Shown here: positions 40,834 to 50,584 of the stretch, one piece after another
Position numbering within the stretch: position 1 is the first letter of the stretch
How the letters are laid out: each line of letters opens with the position of its first letter
Assembly (NCBI GenBank): GCA_964430885.1
Contig: CAYSHM010000007.1
Coordinates: 1-64,000 of the forward strand
Reading direction: 5' to 3'
Length of the DNA: 64,000 nt
Source of the DNA: an uncultured archaeon
Lineage (GTDB): Archaea; Thermoplasmatota; Penumbrarchaeia; JASLWR01
Translations under genes and position numbers: made by a program
Notes under the pieces: model-generated
Told to the model about the DNA's origin: nothing
The model's database searches: none
The model's input: the letters and a program-made list of their open reading frames with translations, nothing else

Positions 40834-41187
40834 GTGATGAATATGCCCAAGGAAGCGGATGACCTATCAGAAAAATACGATTCAGAACTATGGAGATATT
40901 TCAAAGGACAAAAGGTCAGGGCCTTGGTGGGCCTGCAGGTCAGGACTGAACGGGGAGATGAATTGGCCCGCGAACTTGTTGAGGAGGAGAGTATCACCGA
41001 CCTGTACATGGTTACTGGTGATGTGGACATCCTGATGATGGTTGAAGCCGATGACCTGCAGAAGCTGTCGGATTATATTATCAAAAAGATCGCCAAGATA
41101 GACGGTGTTCTGAAAACAAAATCAATGCTTATCCTTACTAGCTATAAAGAAAACGACAGGGTAATTCTCAATATCCCCGAAGAGTAA
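40834..41187 (+). CDS. Stand-alone Lrp/AsnC ligand-binding (RAM) domain protein
   Basis: YMVTGDVDI...I.KIDGV.KT.S pattern; no HTH visible. Confidence 0.8.
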   Translation: MMNMPKEADDLSEKYDSELWRYFKGQKVRALVGLQVRTERGDELARELVEEESITDLYMVTGDVDILMMVEADDLQKLSDYIIKKIAKIDGVLKTKSMLILTSYKENDRVILNIPEE

Positions 41188-41272
41188 TATATCTTTTAGA
41201 AAAAGAGAAGGAATGAATGGTCATCCCCCCTCTGTTTTACCTATGATGGATATTCTTTTTTTTTTGAATATT

Positions 41273-41740
41273 CTAAAAGCCAGGTTTCTTCATGGCGGTC
41301 ATCTGGGGAACCAGCTGTACAATATCTTTGAGGACCGATTCCTTCTGAGCCATGATCTTTACGATGTCCTTGGCCATGGCCTCGTCGAATCCTGCTTCCT
41401 TGAGATGGGTATAATAGCTGTAGAAGAATTTAGCCCTGTGCTCCAGGTACTTTCCGTAGAAATACTTGTCCAGGGTTTCCTCGAGATGGGGGAGGAAAAT
41501 GTTGTCAATCATTGAGAAGAACATCTCCTTGTTCTCCAGCATGGGACCTACCTTGCTCATCATTCCTCCTATCTTCCCACCGGGCCCTCCGCCCATGGAA
41601 CCCATTCCCGGACCGAAATCGCCATCCCCTCCTCCTGGAGATCCTCCGAAATCAAAGGAATCCTGGGATTCGTTGACATCCTCATACTGCTCGTTCATCT
41701 CTTCCTCATTCTGTTCATTTTCATTGTTTTCGTCTAACAT
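41273..41740 (-). CDS. Hypothetical protein with acidic and Gly/Met-rich N-terminus
   Basis: E/N-rich start, GGSPGGGDG...GGMM, helical C-terminus with YTHLKEAGFDEAMA. Confidence 0.65.
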   Translation of the reverse strand: MLDENNENEQNEEEMNEQYEDVNESQDSFDFGGSPGGGDGDFGPGMGSMGGGPGGKIGGMMSKVGPMLENKEMFFSMIDNIFLPHLEETLDKYFYGKYLEHRAKFFYSYYTHLKEAGFDEAMAKDIVKIMAQKESVLKDIVQLVPQMTAMKKPGF

Positions 41741-42007
41741 AATTGCCCTTAAGGAAATTGACATAATTAAATATTTCCTGAAGTGTTTCAGCTCATTAGA
41801 ATCTTCATAGGTGATGTGTGGACATTAATAATTACACGATAGGAAAAAAATATCTATATCTTATTCAGTATCGGAATTTGAAGGGGCTCATGTTAACATT
41901 ATTTCAAAGGTTATGAATGGGAAAATGAAATAATGACCCCAAAAGCATAAAATAATAAATTAACACACTTGAAGTTATCACATTAAATTCAGCATTTTTA
42001 CTAACGG

Positions 42008-43636
42008 ATGATGGCCATGGCAGGTTTTTTTGACACAAATAAAAAATTCCGGGTCCGTACGGGATCCATATCCTCATCAAAGGTGCAGGAAAGGGAACTG
42101 CGTGCAAAAGCAAAGAAATTGGCCAAGGACCCCGGACTGATCATTCCCAAATGCAGAGGGAAATGCTTCGGATGCCCTTTCAAGACTATAGAGAAAAAGA
42201 TCAGATCCATCCAGAAATACAGCGATAATCTGAAGAAGCTAAAAAGCGCTTCCAAAAGAGGCAACAAGGTTGCCCGGGCTTATGCTGGCACTCTCATGCT
42301 AGCTCACAAGGAATTCACTCCTTTCATGAAATTGTTCAAAACCCCGAGCGGGCAGATCCCTTTTGCCATAGTGGGTCAGAACGATCCTAGAAAGCTCATC
42401 GGAATACAGCATTTCGACAACCAGGAATACCGGCTCATGACCTTCATGGACCTGGCAATAAAAAAGAAAATATACATTTTCTCAGTAAAAGATGGAATGG
42501 TATGTACTGGGTCGGTAATGGCACCTCCTGAAGGGTTCATAAAGGATTGCGTTGACAGGCTAAAGGTAAAGTTGAGGCCTTCCAAAAAGGGATATATATA
42601 CTTAACCAAGAACCTCAGGCCAAAATTGATAAAAAACAGCAAACAGACAAGGGTGCCTTACATGGAACTGGTATGGACCCCTGCCAAGACAACTTTCGCA
42701 CTTGATGAGGTAACACTGCGTGGAACCAAGACCCATACAATGGCCACCTTGACTGGATTGGTGGCGGGGCCCAATATCAAGGACGGTTTTTCAGTAAAGG
42801 TCAAATACCTTCCCCAGTGTGCTGAAAAGTCGGATGACTGCACCCTTCTTGATCTGCACCCTGACCTCCAAGAGCATTACGGAGAATACAAGGATTTCAA
42901 GAGTATAGACCACCAGCTTATCAAGAAAAGCTATGAGGACATATTGGAAGCTTACTCTGATTCGGAAAGGAATATACTTCTTTATGACGGGTACTGCTTC
43001 ACCTCCAATATCAAGGGTTTTCTTGACCATGTGGGTGTCAAGGGAAGTGTAAGAACTGCATTGGAAGCGGTTCTGAAAAGGGTAAAGACCCCCAAGATCT
43101 ACAAGAAGAAGGAATCACCCCTGAACATTCTGCATAATCACTGGAAGGATTACGGATACTGGGCGCTGTTTGCGGTCTGCAAGGACAAAAAAGTGGCAAA
43201 GGAACTCCACACTGAAGATGACGTATCCACAACTTCAATCGTGGACCACCTTGAGGAAGCAAAGAAATCCGTGAGATCAATATCAATTCTAAAGGAATTC
43301 CCTGAATTCTCATCCAAGGACCTGCCCGAGCCCATTATCATTGCAGACAAAACCGCCAAACTATTCAAGAGCAGGGGGAAGAACGCTGCAGTGAACTATC
43401 TGGGCGGTTTGAGCCCAAAGGATAATCAATCCCACGGGACAATATATGCATTCCTTTTGGCCTTGAGCTCTACTTCGGGAAGGGAATGGAAATTCCAGGA
43501 GTCTCAGAGGGATGTGGGCGAATTTTTGAAACCCTTTGCCAAAGAGCTTCTGGAAGCCGGCCCGGAGAACTACACTGAAAAACTTCAGACCTTTTCCAGA
43601 TATACCGGGTCAACAGTAGAAGTGGTGTCCTTATGA
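42008..43636 (+). CDS. Basic hypothetical protein (resembles a family I recall from Thermoplasmatota)
   Basis: 542-aa open frame; LAKDPGLIIPKC...CFGCPF, AYAGTL, IGIQHFD, REWKF. Function unknown. Confidence 0.75.
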   Translation: MMAMAGFFDTNKKFRVRTGSISSSKVQERELRAKAKKLAKDPGLIIPKCRGKCFGCPFKTIEKKIRSIQKYSDNLKKLKSASKRGNKVARAYAGTLMLAHKEFTPFMKLFKTPSGQIPFAIVGQNDPRKLIGIQHFDNQEYRLMTFMDLAIKKKIYIFSVKDGMVCTGSVMAPPEGFIKDCVDRLKVKLRPSKKGYIYLTKNLRPKLIKNSKQTRVPYMELVWTPAKTTFALDEVTLRGTKTHTMATLTGLVAGPNIKDGFSVKVKYLPQCAEKSDDCTLLDLHPDLQEHYGEYKDFKSIDHQLIKKSYEDILEAYSDSERNILLYDGYCFTSNIKGFLDHVGVKGSVRTALEAVLKRVKTPKIYKKKESPLNILHNHWKDYGYWALFAVCKDKKVAKELHTEDDVSTTSIVDHLEEAKKSVRSISILKEFPEFSSKDLPEPIIIADKTAKLFKSRGKNAAVNYLGGLSPKDNQSHGTIYAFLLALSSTSGREWKFQESQRDVGEFLKPFAKELLEAGPENYTEKLQTFSRYTGSTVEVVSL

Positions 43637-43783
43637 GAACAGCACCGAAAAGGACTTTTCATTAATGGTTATTAGGAATTGCTCATAAATTATATATTCA
43701 ACAAGTGATATATCGTGCTAATCAATTCAATTGATAGGTTTCGTGCTAAAAAATAATTCCAAAACCTCCTTCAGGTGAAATCA

Positions 43784-44929
43784 ATGGCAAAGAAGAAAAA
43801 GAAAAAGAGTTCCGACAAGGATGATGTAGAGATTGTCTTCGAAGCAGTAGAGGACGAAAAAGAAAAGGAATCCGCAGAGGACCTGGACGAACTGGATGAT
43901 CTTCTAGACGATACCATTGATATTCTCTATGACAACCCCAAGAAAAAAGAGAAGAGTGGCGGGCGGAAAAAGAAGAAGAAAAAGAAGGTGAAAACCAATC
44001 TCCCACCTCCTAAGAAGAAAAAGAAATCGGTAAAGAAGGAAAAGAAAGAGGATGAAGAAGAAGAAGTAGAGAAGGATAAAAAGAAAGAAAAACCACCAAA
44101 AAAGGCCACAAAGAAGAAACCCAAGAAGACTGCCAAGAAGATCGCCAAGAAGAAAGAGGTGGTCGAAAAGGACGTTATGCTTGAGGTAGCGAACAAATGC
44201 GAACATCTGGAACTAGCTCTGGAGAACTTTAAGTACACCTATAATTCGGTCAAGGAGGAACTGAACAAACTCAAGGTTCAGAAGGACACCAACCAGGCGA
44301 AGATAGATAAATATGAGAAAAAGCTCGAGGTCTATAACAAGGATTTTGAGAAATACAAGAAGCGGGTCACCAAGAAGAGCAGTGAGATGGGGAAGAAGGC
44401 GAAGATAGAGATGATAGGGACAATGCTGGAAATATTCGACAACTTTGAGAGGGCTATATCCAACACCGATCCCGAATCGCCCTCCAAGGACCTGCTCAAA
44501 GGCCTTGAGATGATGAGCAAGAAATTCCTGAGCATTCTGGAAGGTGAGGGTGTTGAGCCTATCGAATCGGTGGGCAAGAAGTTCGACCCTCAACTCCACG
44601 ATGCATTAGCCATGCTTCATAATGATGACTACGACGACGGCATAATATGTCTGGAGATCCAAAAGGGCTTTGGTCTTCTGAACGATGAAGAGGACGAAGA
44701 GGATGAGAAAGAAGAAGAGAAGGATAAAAAGGGGAAGAAGGCGAAGAAAAAGATAGGTAAATATAAGAAGATCATTCGTCATGCCCGGGTTCATGTCTGC
44801 TCCAAGGATAAGGGAAATAAAGGAAAGGATAAGAAGGATAATGAGGACAAAAAGGGTGGGGATAAGAACAAGAAACCTGAAAAGAAGAAGACGTCTAAAA
44901 AGAAAAAGAAAGGATCTAGCAAGAAATAG
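43784..44929 (+). CDS. grpE: Nucleotide exchange factor GrpE with long Lys/Glu-rich extensions
   Basis: DFEKYKKR, LEIFDNFERAI, GVEPIESVGKKFDPQLHDAL, IQKGF...IRHARVHV. GGTGA RBS. Confidence 0.88.
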   Translation: MAKKKKKKSSDKDDVEIVFEAVEDEKEKESAEDLDELDDLLDDTIDILYDNPKKKEKSGGRKKKKKKKVKTNLPPPKKKKKSVKKEKKEDEEEEVEKDKKKEKPPKKATKKKPKKTAKKIAKKKEVVEKDVMLEVANKCEHLELALENFKYTYNSVKEELNKLKVQKDTNQAKIDKYEKKLEVYNKDFEKYKKRVTKKSSEMGKKAKIEMIGTMLEIFDNFERAISNTDPESPSKDLLKGLEMMSKKFLSILEGEGVEPIESVGKKFDPQLHDALAMLHNDDYDDGIICLEIQKGFGLLNDEEDEEDEKEEEKDKKGKKAKKKIGKYKKIIRHARVHVCSKDKGNKGKDKKDNEDKKGGDKNKKPEKKKTSKKKKKGSSKK

Positions 44930-45250
44930 CTCATCTGAATGAAGCAAAATCCCTGTTCGACAAGCGATATATCATTCATATCTGAATATTTTACTATATT
45001 CGGGTTTTTATAAACTTATTGGAATAAACTAATCCCGCAGTTCACCCTTGGACAATAATTATTAAGGATAGTTTTTCGTTGGGATATGTCCCATTCAACC
45101 TTTTTATACAATGAACCGATTTACCCATTTTGACCGTCTTGAACATGCTGAATTCATTTCAGCAGAAGAGGGAAAATCAATTGCCCGAACCCGGTTTCAT
45201 GGACGGGAACTGAAAATAGTTTTCATTTACATATGCTAGGAGTTGTAAAA

Positions 45251-48200
45251 ATGGTAGAGCAGCAGGAAGAGCTTTTTTATTTTGATTATGACCTTGAGGA
45301 ATTTGACCATGAGGTCTCCCGGCTGATCAAGCTGGAAGAAGAGAGACAGCAGAGGAAGATTATCCTCATTGCCTCGGAGAGCATCAGCCCGGAACCGGTG
45401 AGAAAATGCCTTGGAAGCGTATATACCAACATATATGCCGAAGGTTATCCTTCTACCCAAATGGGATTGGATAAAAGGGAACTGCTGAAAGACCACAAAC
45501 ATCAGATGGCATATCTGAGAAGGTATTCCGATAAAAGGTACTATAAGGGAACTGAATTTGCCGATTTTGCCGAGGCCCTCGCACAGAAAAGGGTGGCTGA
45601 GCTCTTTGCCACTGAAAATGTACCCGCAGAGGATATATATGCCAATGTTCAGGCCCTTTCAGGCGCTCCGGCCAATAATGCGGTATTCACGGCATTCCTG
45701 AAACCCGGGGACACCGTCCTAAGTATGGCCCTCAACTGCGGAGGACATCTGAGCCACGGCAGCGAGGTGAACAGATCGGGCATTTTCCACAAGGTGATCC
45801 CTTACGGATTGGAAAGAGGACAGGATAAGCTCAACTACGACAGCATAGAAAAACTGGCATTGGAACACCTACCCAGGCTGATTATCGCGGGTTACAGCGC
45901 CTACCCCTGGGATATCAAATGGGATCGATTGAGGAATATTGCTGATAAGGTAGGTGACGGCTGTATATTGCTGGCCGATGTTTCACATATCTCAGCCTTC
46001 ATTGTTGCAGGCATCCTCAACAATCCCATCGAGCATGCCCATGTTGTGATGTTCACCACTCACAAGGCTATCGCAGGTCCGAGGGGGGCAGCGCTATTGA
46101 CCACTAATCCAGAACATGCCAGTCTTATTGATAGAGCGGTTTTTCCAGGGGAACAAGGCGGGCCCCACATCAATAATATAGTCGGCCAGGCGGTATGCTT
46201 CAAGATAGCCGCAACAGAGCAGTTCAGGAAATACGCAGAGAAGGTGGTGGAAAATGCCAAGTTCTTCTGTGAAGTGTCTAGAGAACTGGGATTGAAGATC
46301 GCCTACGGTGGTACGGAAACACATCTTTTCCTCATTGACCTGAAATGCCTGGGCAGGAAGAACGGATACTATGTGACCGGTGAAATAGCCACCAGGATAC
46401 TTGATCAGATAGGTATTACACTCAATAAGAACACCATATCCGGTGACGATAACTCCAACCATCCCACAGGTCTAAGGATCGGTGCACCCTGGATAACCCA
46501 GAGGGGTGTTTCAAAGGATGATATAAGGGAGATGGCGGAGATAATTGATTATGTTATCAGGAACATTCAGCCATTCCACTATGAAGGGATGGATGATGAG
46601 ATAGGCCGGGGAAAAATCAAGCTGGAGGTACTCCTGAAAGCTAGGAAAAGAACTCGAGACCTGATCAAGCGCATACATCAGAAGGATTATGATAAAGAGC
46701 GCGGGTATCCTTATTACCTAAACAATCCGGAGATCGGTGGTGAGTCCCCTCTTATGGACCTGCATGTTGAAAACGGGGCCGAAATGGAAGAGCGATGCGG
46801 GTGGCGGCTGCCCTTTTATAAGGCGGAATCATCTGGAGATATTAACGCTCCCGTTATAATCGATGCTTCATGCCAGCCTATCTTAAGGATTAGAGGAGAT
46901 GAGGAGAGGATAAGACCCTTCCTCGGGCAGATGTGCACCGGAGAGGTGCTCTTGGATATAGACGAATCAACAAGGACCTTTGTTCTGGATGAAAAGGGAA
47001 ATGTAATAGACGATGTGCTTATAACAAGGATCCATGACCCACGTCAGGGTTTCGCCTCTTATTATATGATAGGAAATGCCGAGAACGCCTATGTTCTCAG
47101 GGAATGGATCAGGGGCATAGCTGACGGTTACCTGATCTTTGATGAAGAGGACATCTACAGAAAAGTGGAGGGGCCAGCAGTTGTAGAGGATCTTCACAGC
47201 GACGATGATATCACCATCAGAAGAACCTGTCTTGTCATCATCGGAGACCACACTCTGAAAATCGCCGAAACCATCAGGAACAAATATCCAGGCATTATCA
47301 CAGCCTATGAAAAAATAGCTGGGAAAGATGTCGTCCACATCATCACTCCCTTGAAATCGATTGAAGAAATCTGGTCAGAAGTGAGTATAAAGGCCGGGCT
47401 GAAGCGAACTGATTCTCTGAGGAAGAAAGAAGGTTTGCCCTGCTATACTGAACTGGGAGAGGGGCAGGCAGTAATCGCTAAGGATATATTCCATGCACTT
47501 CCCGACCACTTCGCACTCCATAAACCCTATTTCGTCGGTCAGAAACCGATACTGAATGAGCTTGACCTGGAGGATGGGTCCATCAAAGAGAAAAAAACTT
47601 GGAAATGGACAGAGAAGGAAAAGGGTCTTCAGCGAACCGTTCTTTACCAGGACCATGTGGAATTGGGAGGACGTATGGTACCTTTTGCAGGATGGGAAAT
47701 GCCTGTATTCTACGAAGGTATAATGCCGGAGCATAAGGTTGTTCGAATCGGAGCGGGTCTATTTGATGTATCCCACATGGGAGTCATGGATTTCACCGGA
47801 AAATACGTGGCAGATTTCCTGGATATGCTTACTACAAATTATTCCCGATGGATTAGACCTGGGCAAACCCAATATGCCTATATCCTCGGACCCGACGGGA
47901 AGGTCCTTGATGACATATTCATCTATAGAAAGGCAGTTGATCGATATATGATGGTAGTGAATGCTGCCAATGCGGACAAGATATGGTCTTGGGTAAATGC
48001 GGTGAATTCCGGTCAGATCCTGCTGGACTCAAAGAATCCACATATTCGAATGCCTGAGGGAATTGTGATACGGAATCTCAAAGATAGAAGTTCGGGAGAT
48101 GAGATGAAGATAGATCTGGCCCTTCAGGGACCAACCGCCAGGGAAATACTGCTATCATTATGCAAAGAATCCCATTTGAGGGAGCTGAGAGAACTTGAAA

Positions 48201-48880
48201 AAGGCGATTTCGTCGAAGTGAATATCGCGGGTATTGAAGTAATGGTGGCTAGGACGGGTTATACTGGTGAGGAGATAGGCTATGAACTTTTCATTCACCC
48301 CGACAATGCCTGCAAGCTATGGCGTACCCTTCTTGAAAAGGGCAAGGAAAAGGGTATCGCAGCCACTGGTTTGGGATCGAGGGACTCCACCAGAACTGAA
48401 GCCGGTTTCCCCTTATACGGTCATGAGATCGAAGGAAAACTAGGCGTCTTCCCAATGGAGAACGGCTATTCCCAGTTCCTAAAGCTTCATAAACCCTTCT
48501 TTATTGGAAGACACAGGGCTGTGATACAGGCACAAGGAACTGAAATGGAGATTGCCAGATTCCAGATGATAAATACCAACATAAAGATGCTCAATACCGG
48601 TGATCCTGTTGCCAACCGCCAGGGCAGATGTGTAGGCTATGTGGCCAGCTCCGTATTGGTTGGTGACCGACAGATAGGACTTGCCTATCTAAAGAAGAAG
48701 GAGATAAGAACGGGAGCAAAGCTGAACATCTTCCCATTGGGCAGAAGCGGTCGGGCACCAAAGGAAACACCCCGGAACAGCTGGAAACCTGGAGATAGGA
48801 CTGTAATACCTGAAGAGTCAGTAATATTGACAAGATTCCCTGAAGACGGAGAGATGGAGGACCGGGCTCAAGGACTATGA
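45251..48880 (+). CDS. Fusion of serine hydroxymethyltransferase, a degenerate GcvT unit and a complete aminomethyltransferase GcvT
   Basis: LIASES, YAEGYP, GGHLSHG, TTHK..GPRG, FPGEQGGP (SHMT); two GcvT-like units, the second with FAGWEMP, FDVSHMG, NAAN, RTGYTGE, GLGSRDSTRTEAG. AGGAG RBS before ATG 45251. Confidence 0.93.
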   Translation: MVEQQEELFYFDYDLEEFDHEVSRLIKLEEERQQRKIILIASESISPEPVRKCLGSVYTNIYAEGYPSTQMGLDKRELLKDHKHQMAYLRRYSDKRYYKGTEFADFAEALAQKRVAELFATENVPAEDIYANVQALSGAPANNAVFTAFLKPGDTVLSMALNCGGHLSHGSEVNRSGIFHKVIPYGLERGQDKLNYDSIEKLALEHLPRLIIAGYSAYPWDIKWDRLRNIADKVGDGCILLADVSHISAFIVAGILNNPIEHAHVVMFTTHKAIAGPRGAALLTTNPEHASLIDRAVFPGEQGGPHINNIVGQAVCFKIAATEQFRKYAEKVVENAKFFCEVSRELGLKIAYGGTETHLFLIDLKCLGRKNGYYVTGEIATRILDQIGITLNKNTISGDDNSNHPTGLRIGAPWITQRGVSKDDIREMAEIIDYVIRNIQPFHYEGMDDEIGRGKIKLEVLLKARKRTRDLIKRIHQKDYDKERGYPYYLNNPEIGGESPLMDLHVENGAEMEERCGWRLPFYKAESSGDINAPVIIDASCQPILRIRGDEERIRPFLGQMCTGEVLLDIDESTRTFVLDEKGNVIDDVLITRIHDPRQGFASYYMIGNAENAYVLREWIRGIADGYLIFDEEDIYRKVEGPAVVEDLHSDDDITIRRTCLVIIGDHTLKIAETIRNKYPGIITAYEKIAGKDVVHIITPLKSIEEIWSEVSIKAGLKRTDSLRKKEGLPCYTELGEGQAVIAKDIFHALPDHFALHKPYFVGQKPILNELDLEDGSIKEKKTWKWTEKEKGLQRTVLYQDHVELGGRMVPFAGWEMPVFYEGIMPEHKVVRIGAGLFDVSHMGVMDFTGKYVADFLDMLTTNYSRWIRPGQTQYAYILGPDGKVLDDIFIYRKAVDRYMMVVNAANADKIWSWVNAVNSGQILLDSKNPHIRMPEGIVIRNLKDRSSGDEMKIDLALQGPTAREILLSLCKESHLRELRELEKGDFVEVNIAGIEVMVARTGYTGEEIGYELFIHPDNACKLWRTLLEKGKEKGIAATGLGSRDSTRTEAGFPLYGHEIEGKLGVFPMENGYSQFLKLHKPFFIGRHRAVIQAQGTEMEIARFQMINTNIKMLNTGDPVANRQGRCVGYVASSVLVGDRQIGLAYLKKKEIRTGAKLNIFPLGRSGRAPKETPRNSWKPGDRTVIPEESVILTRFPEDGEMEDRAQGL

Positions 48881-49085
48881 CCAAAATCAGCTCGGACCCA
48901 AATAGGTCAATATATTAAAATATCAAATTAGCTAATTAGGTATGGACCTAGTATAATCAATAACAAAACGTTTGAATGGACAATAAGAGAATCATTGATG
49001 CATATTGGAAATCAAGGAAATAAAAAATCAAATAAAAGAAAAATTTAAAAATATAATTAGTAAAAACCCAAGGGGAAGTGGCGAC

Positions 49086-49487
49086 ATGAGTGAAGAATAT
49101 ACAGTGAAAGAAGACCTAAAATATACCAAATCCCATGAATGGATTAAGGTTGAAGGAAACCTAGGAACCATTGGAATAAGTGATTATGCCCAAAAACAGC
49201 TGGGTGACATTACCTATGTAGAATTTGAAGCCTTTGAGGATGATGAAGTTAGCCCAAAGGATGTCTTCGCAACCATTGAGGCAGTAAAATCTGCCTCCCC
49301 ATGTTATAGTCCCGTATCCGGGACCATTGCTGAGCTCAATTTTGAACTGGAAGATGAGCCCGAGGTCATAAACTCCGACCCATTTGGCAAGGGTTGGATA
49401 GTAAAGATAGAGATAACCGACCTTGGAGATCTTGACGGTTTGCTCACCAGCCAGGAATATGAAAAATTCTTAGAAGAGGGACAATAG
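49086..49487 (+). CDS. gcvH: Glycine cleavage system H protein
   Basis: YTKSHEW, GISDYAQKQLGDI, lipoyl-Lys in IEAVKSA, SPVSG, INSDPFGKGW. Confidence 0.96.
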   Translation: MSEEYTVKEDLKYTKSHEWIKVEGNLGTIGISDYAQKQLGDITYVEFEAFEDDEVSPKDVFATIEAVKSASPCYSPVSGTIAELNFELEDEPEVINSDPFGKGWIVKIEITDLGDLDGLLTSQEYEKFLEEGQ

Positions 49488-49687
49488 CTCCTCTGCTTGT
49501 GAGGAAAATAGGACTGTTGGAATGAAGCTATGATCTATCACATAGGTTCACTGAAACTAGTTGCCTGAAATTCCTCAAATGAACTCTTATCATTTCTCCC
49601 TTATCCCATAATGAGCTTTGTTTGTTACCTGAATAAACAGCTCTAAACCACAGGGAAGGTTTTTACTCTGGATGGTGTCATAATAGA

Positions 49688-50518
49688 ATGAATGACAGGC
49701 AATACAAAAAACTGATAAATGAACTCAAATTACCTGAAGATATCGAAAAGGTATCAAAACGTCACGGAATCACTAGAGAAATGGCCCTGGTCCTCTACAC
49801 CCAGAATGTGATCTATGACACGAAGAGGCGATTTTACAAGATAAAGGGCAGTTCAGCCAAGATGTACAAGAAATGGACAAAAGGTACCAGCCTTCTACAG
49901 CTGGCAGAAAGCCATTATTTTCCGCCTATCCTGACAGGCAAGCTCATATTGGCCCACCATGGTATACCCAGAAAGACCTACAATTCCTACGTCAGGGATC
50001 AGTCATTGGCAAAGGATCCCCGAATAAGACGGGAGATGACGGAGCTGGTGAAGAAAGATATTATATACTCTGAGGAAGGAAACCAAGTCCAGAGGGAACG
50101 GGGGCTCATGGCCGAGGCTGAAATAGGCATATGGTTAGAGGAGATGGGTGTTGGATATTATCATGAGAACGATCTCCGGGAAATGGGACACCAGAAAACC
50201 CCCGATTTCAAACTGAAGGTCCCAATTATCTACAAGGGTCTTGAACTCAATTGGATAGAGTCAAAGGCCAGCTTCGGAGATCGGAAGATTATGCGGGAGA
50301 ACTACACAAAGCAGTTAAAACCATACCGGCGGTTGTTCGGCCCGGGAATGGTCATATACTGGTTTGGTTTTATTGTTCCCTACAAGGAACATCAGAATAT
50401 CATTATCGCCAACAGGAGCGTCCTCATCGACTACGGTAATATATCCGTTAAAAAGGTCAAACCCGAGGATATGGATCAAGAAGCAGATACATCACAGGGT
50501 GAAATGAGAGTAAAGTGA
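49688..50518 (+). CDS. C15orf41/CDIN1 (TPD-domain) family PD-(D/E)XK nuclease-like protein
   Basis: N-terminal helical part, then E.DLR..G..KTPDF.L, WIESKASFG, QL..Y...FGPGMVIYWFG. Confidence 0.88.
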   Translation: MNDRQYKKLINELKLPEDIEKVSKRHGITREMALVLYTQNVIYDTKRRFYKIKGSSAKMYKKWTKGTSLLQLAESHYFPPILTGKLILAHHGIPRKTYNSYVRDQSLAKDPRIRREMTELVKKDIIYSEEGNQVQRERGLMAEAEIGIWLEEMGVGYYHENDLREMGHQKTPDFKLKVPIIYKGLELNWIESKASFGDRKIMRENYTKQLKPYRRLFGPGMVIYWFGFIVPYKEHQNIIIANRSVLIDYGNISVKKVKPEDMDQEADTSQGEMRVK

Positions 50519-50584
50519 GATAAGGGTAATCATACCCTCCTCTACCTGATTATTCAAACAGCTAGAAACCTTATCAGAAAAGTT

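Noticed and set aside
43632-43670. GAGAAC..CACCGAAAAGGA resembling part of a glycine riboswitch
   Set aside because: It lacks the rest of the aptamer (CUCUCAGG/CUUUCAGG and stems) and precedes grpE, not the gcv gene.
43784-44929. AAG/GAA-rich repetitive DNA as a tandem repeat or array
   Set aside because: It is explained by Lys/Glu codons in grpE and has no fixed-period unit.
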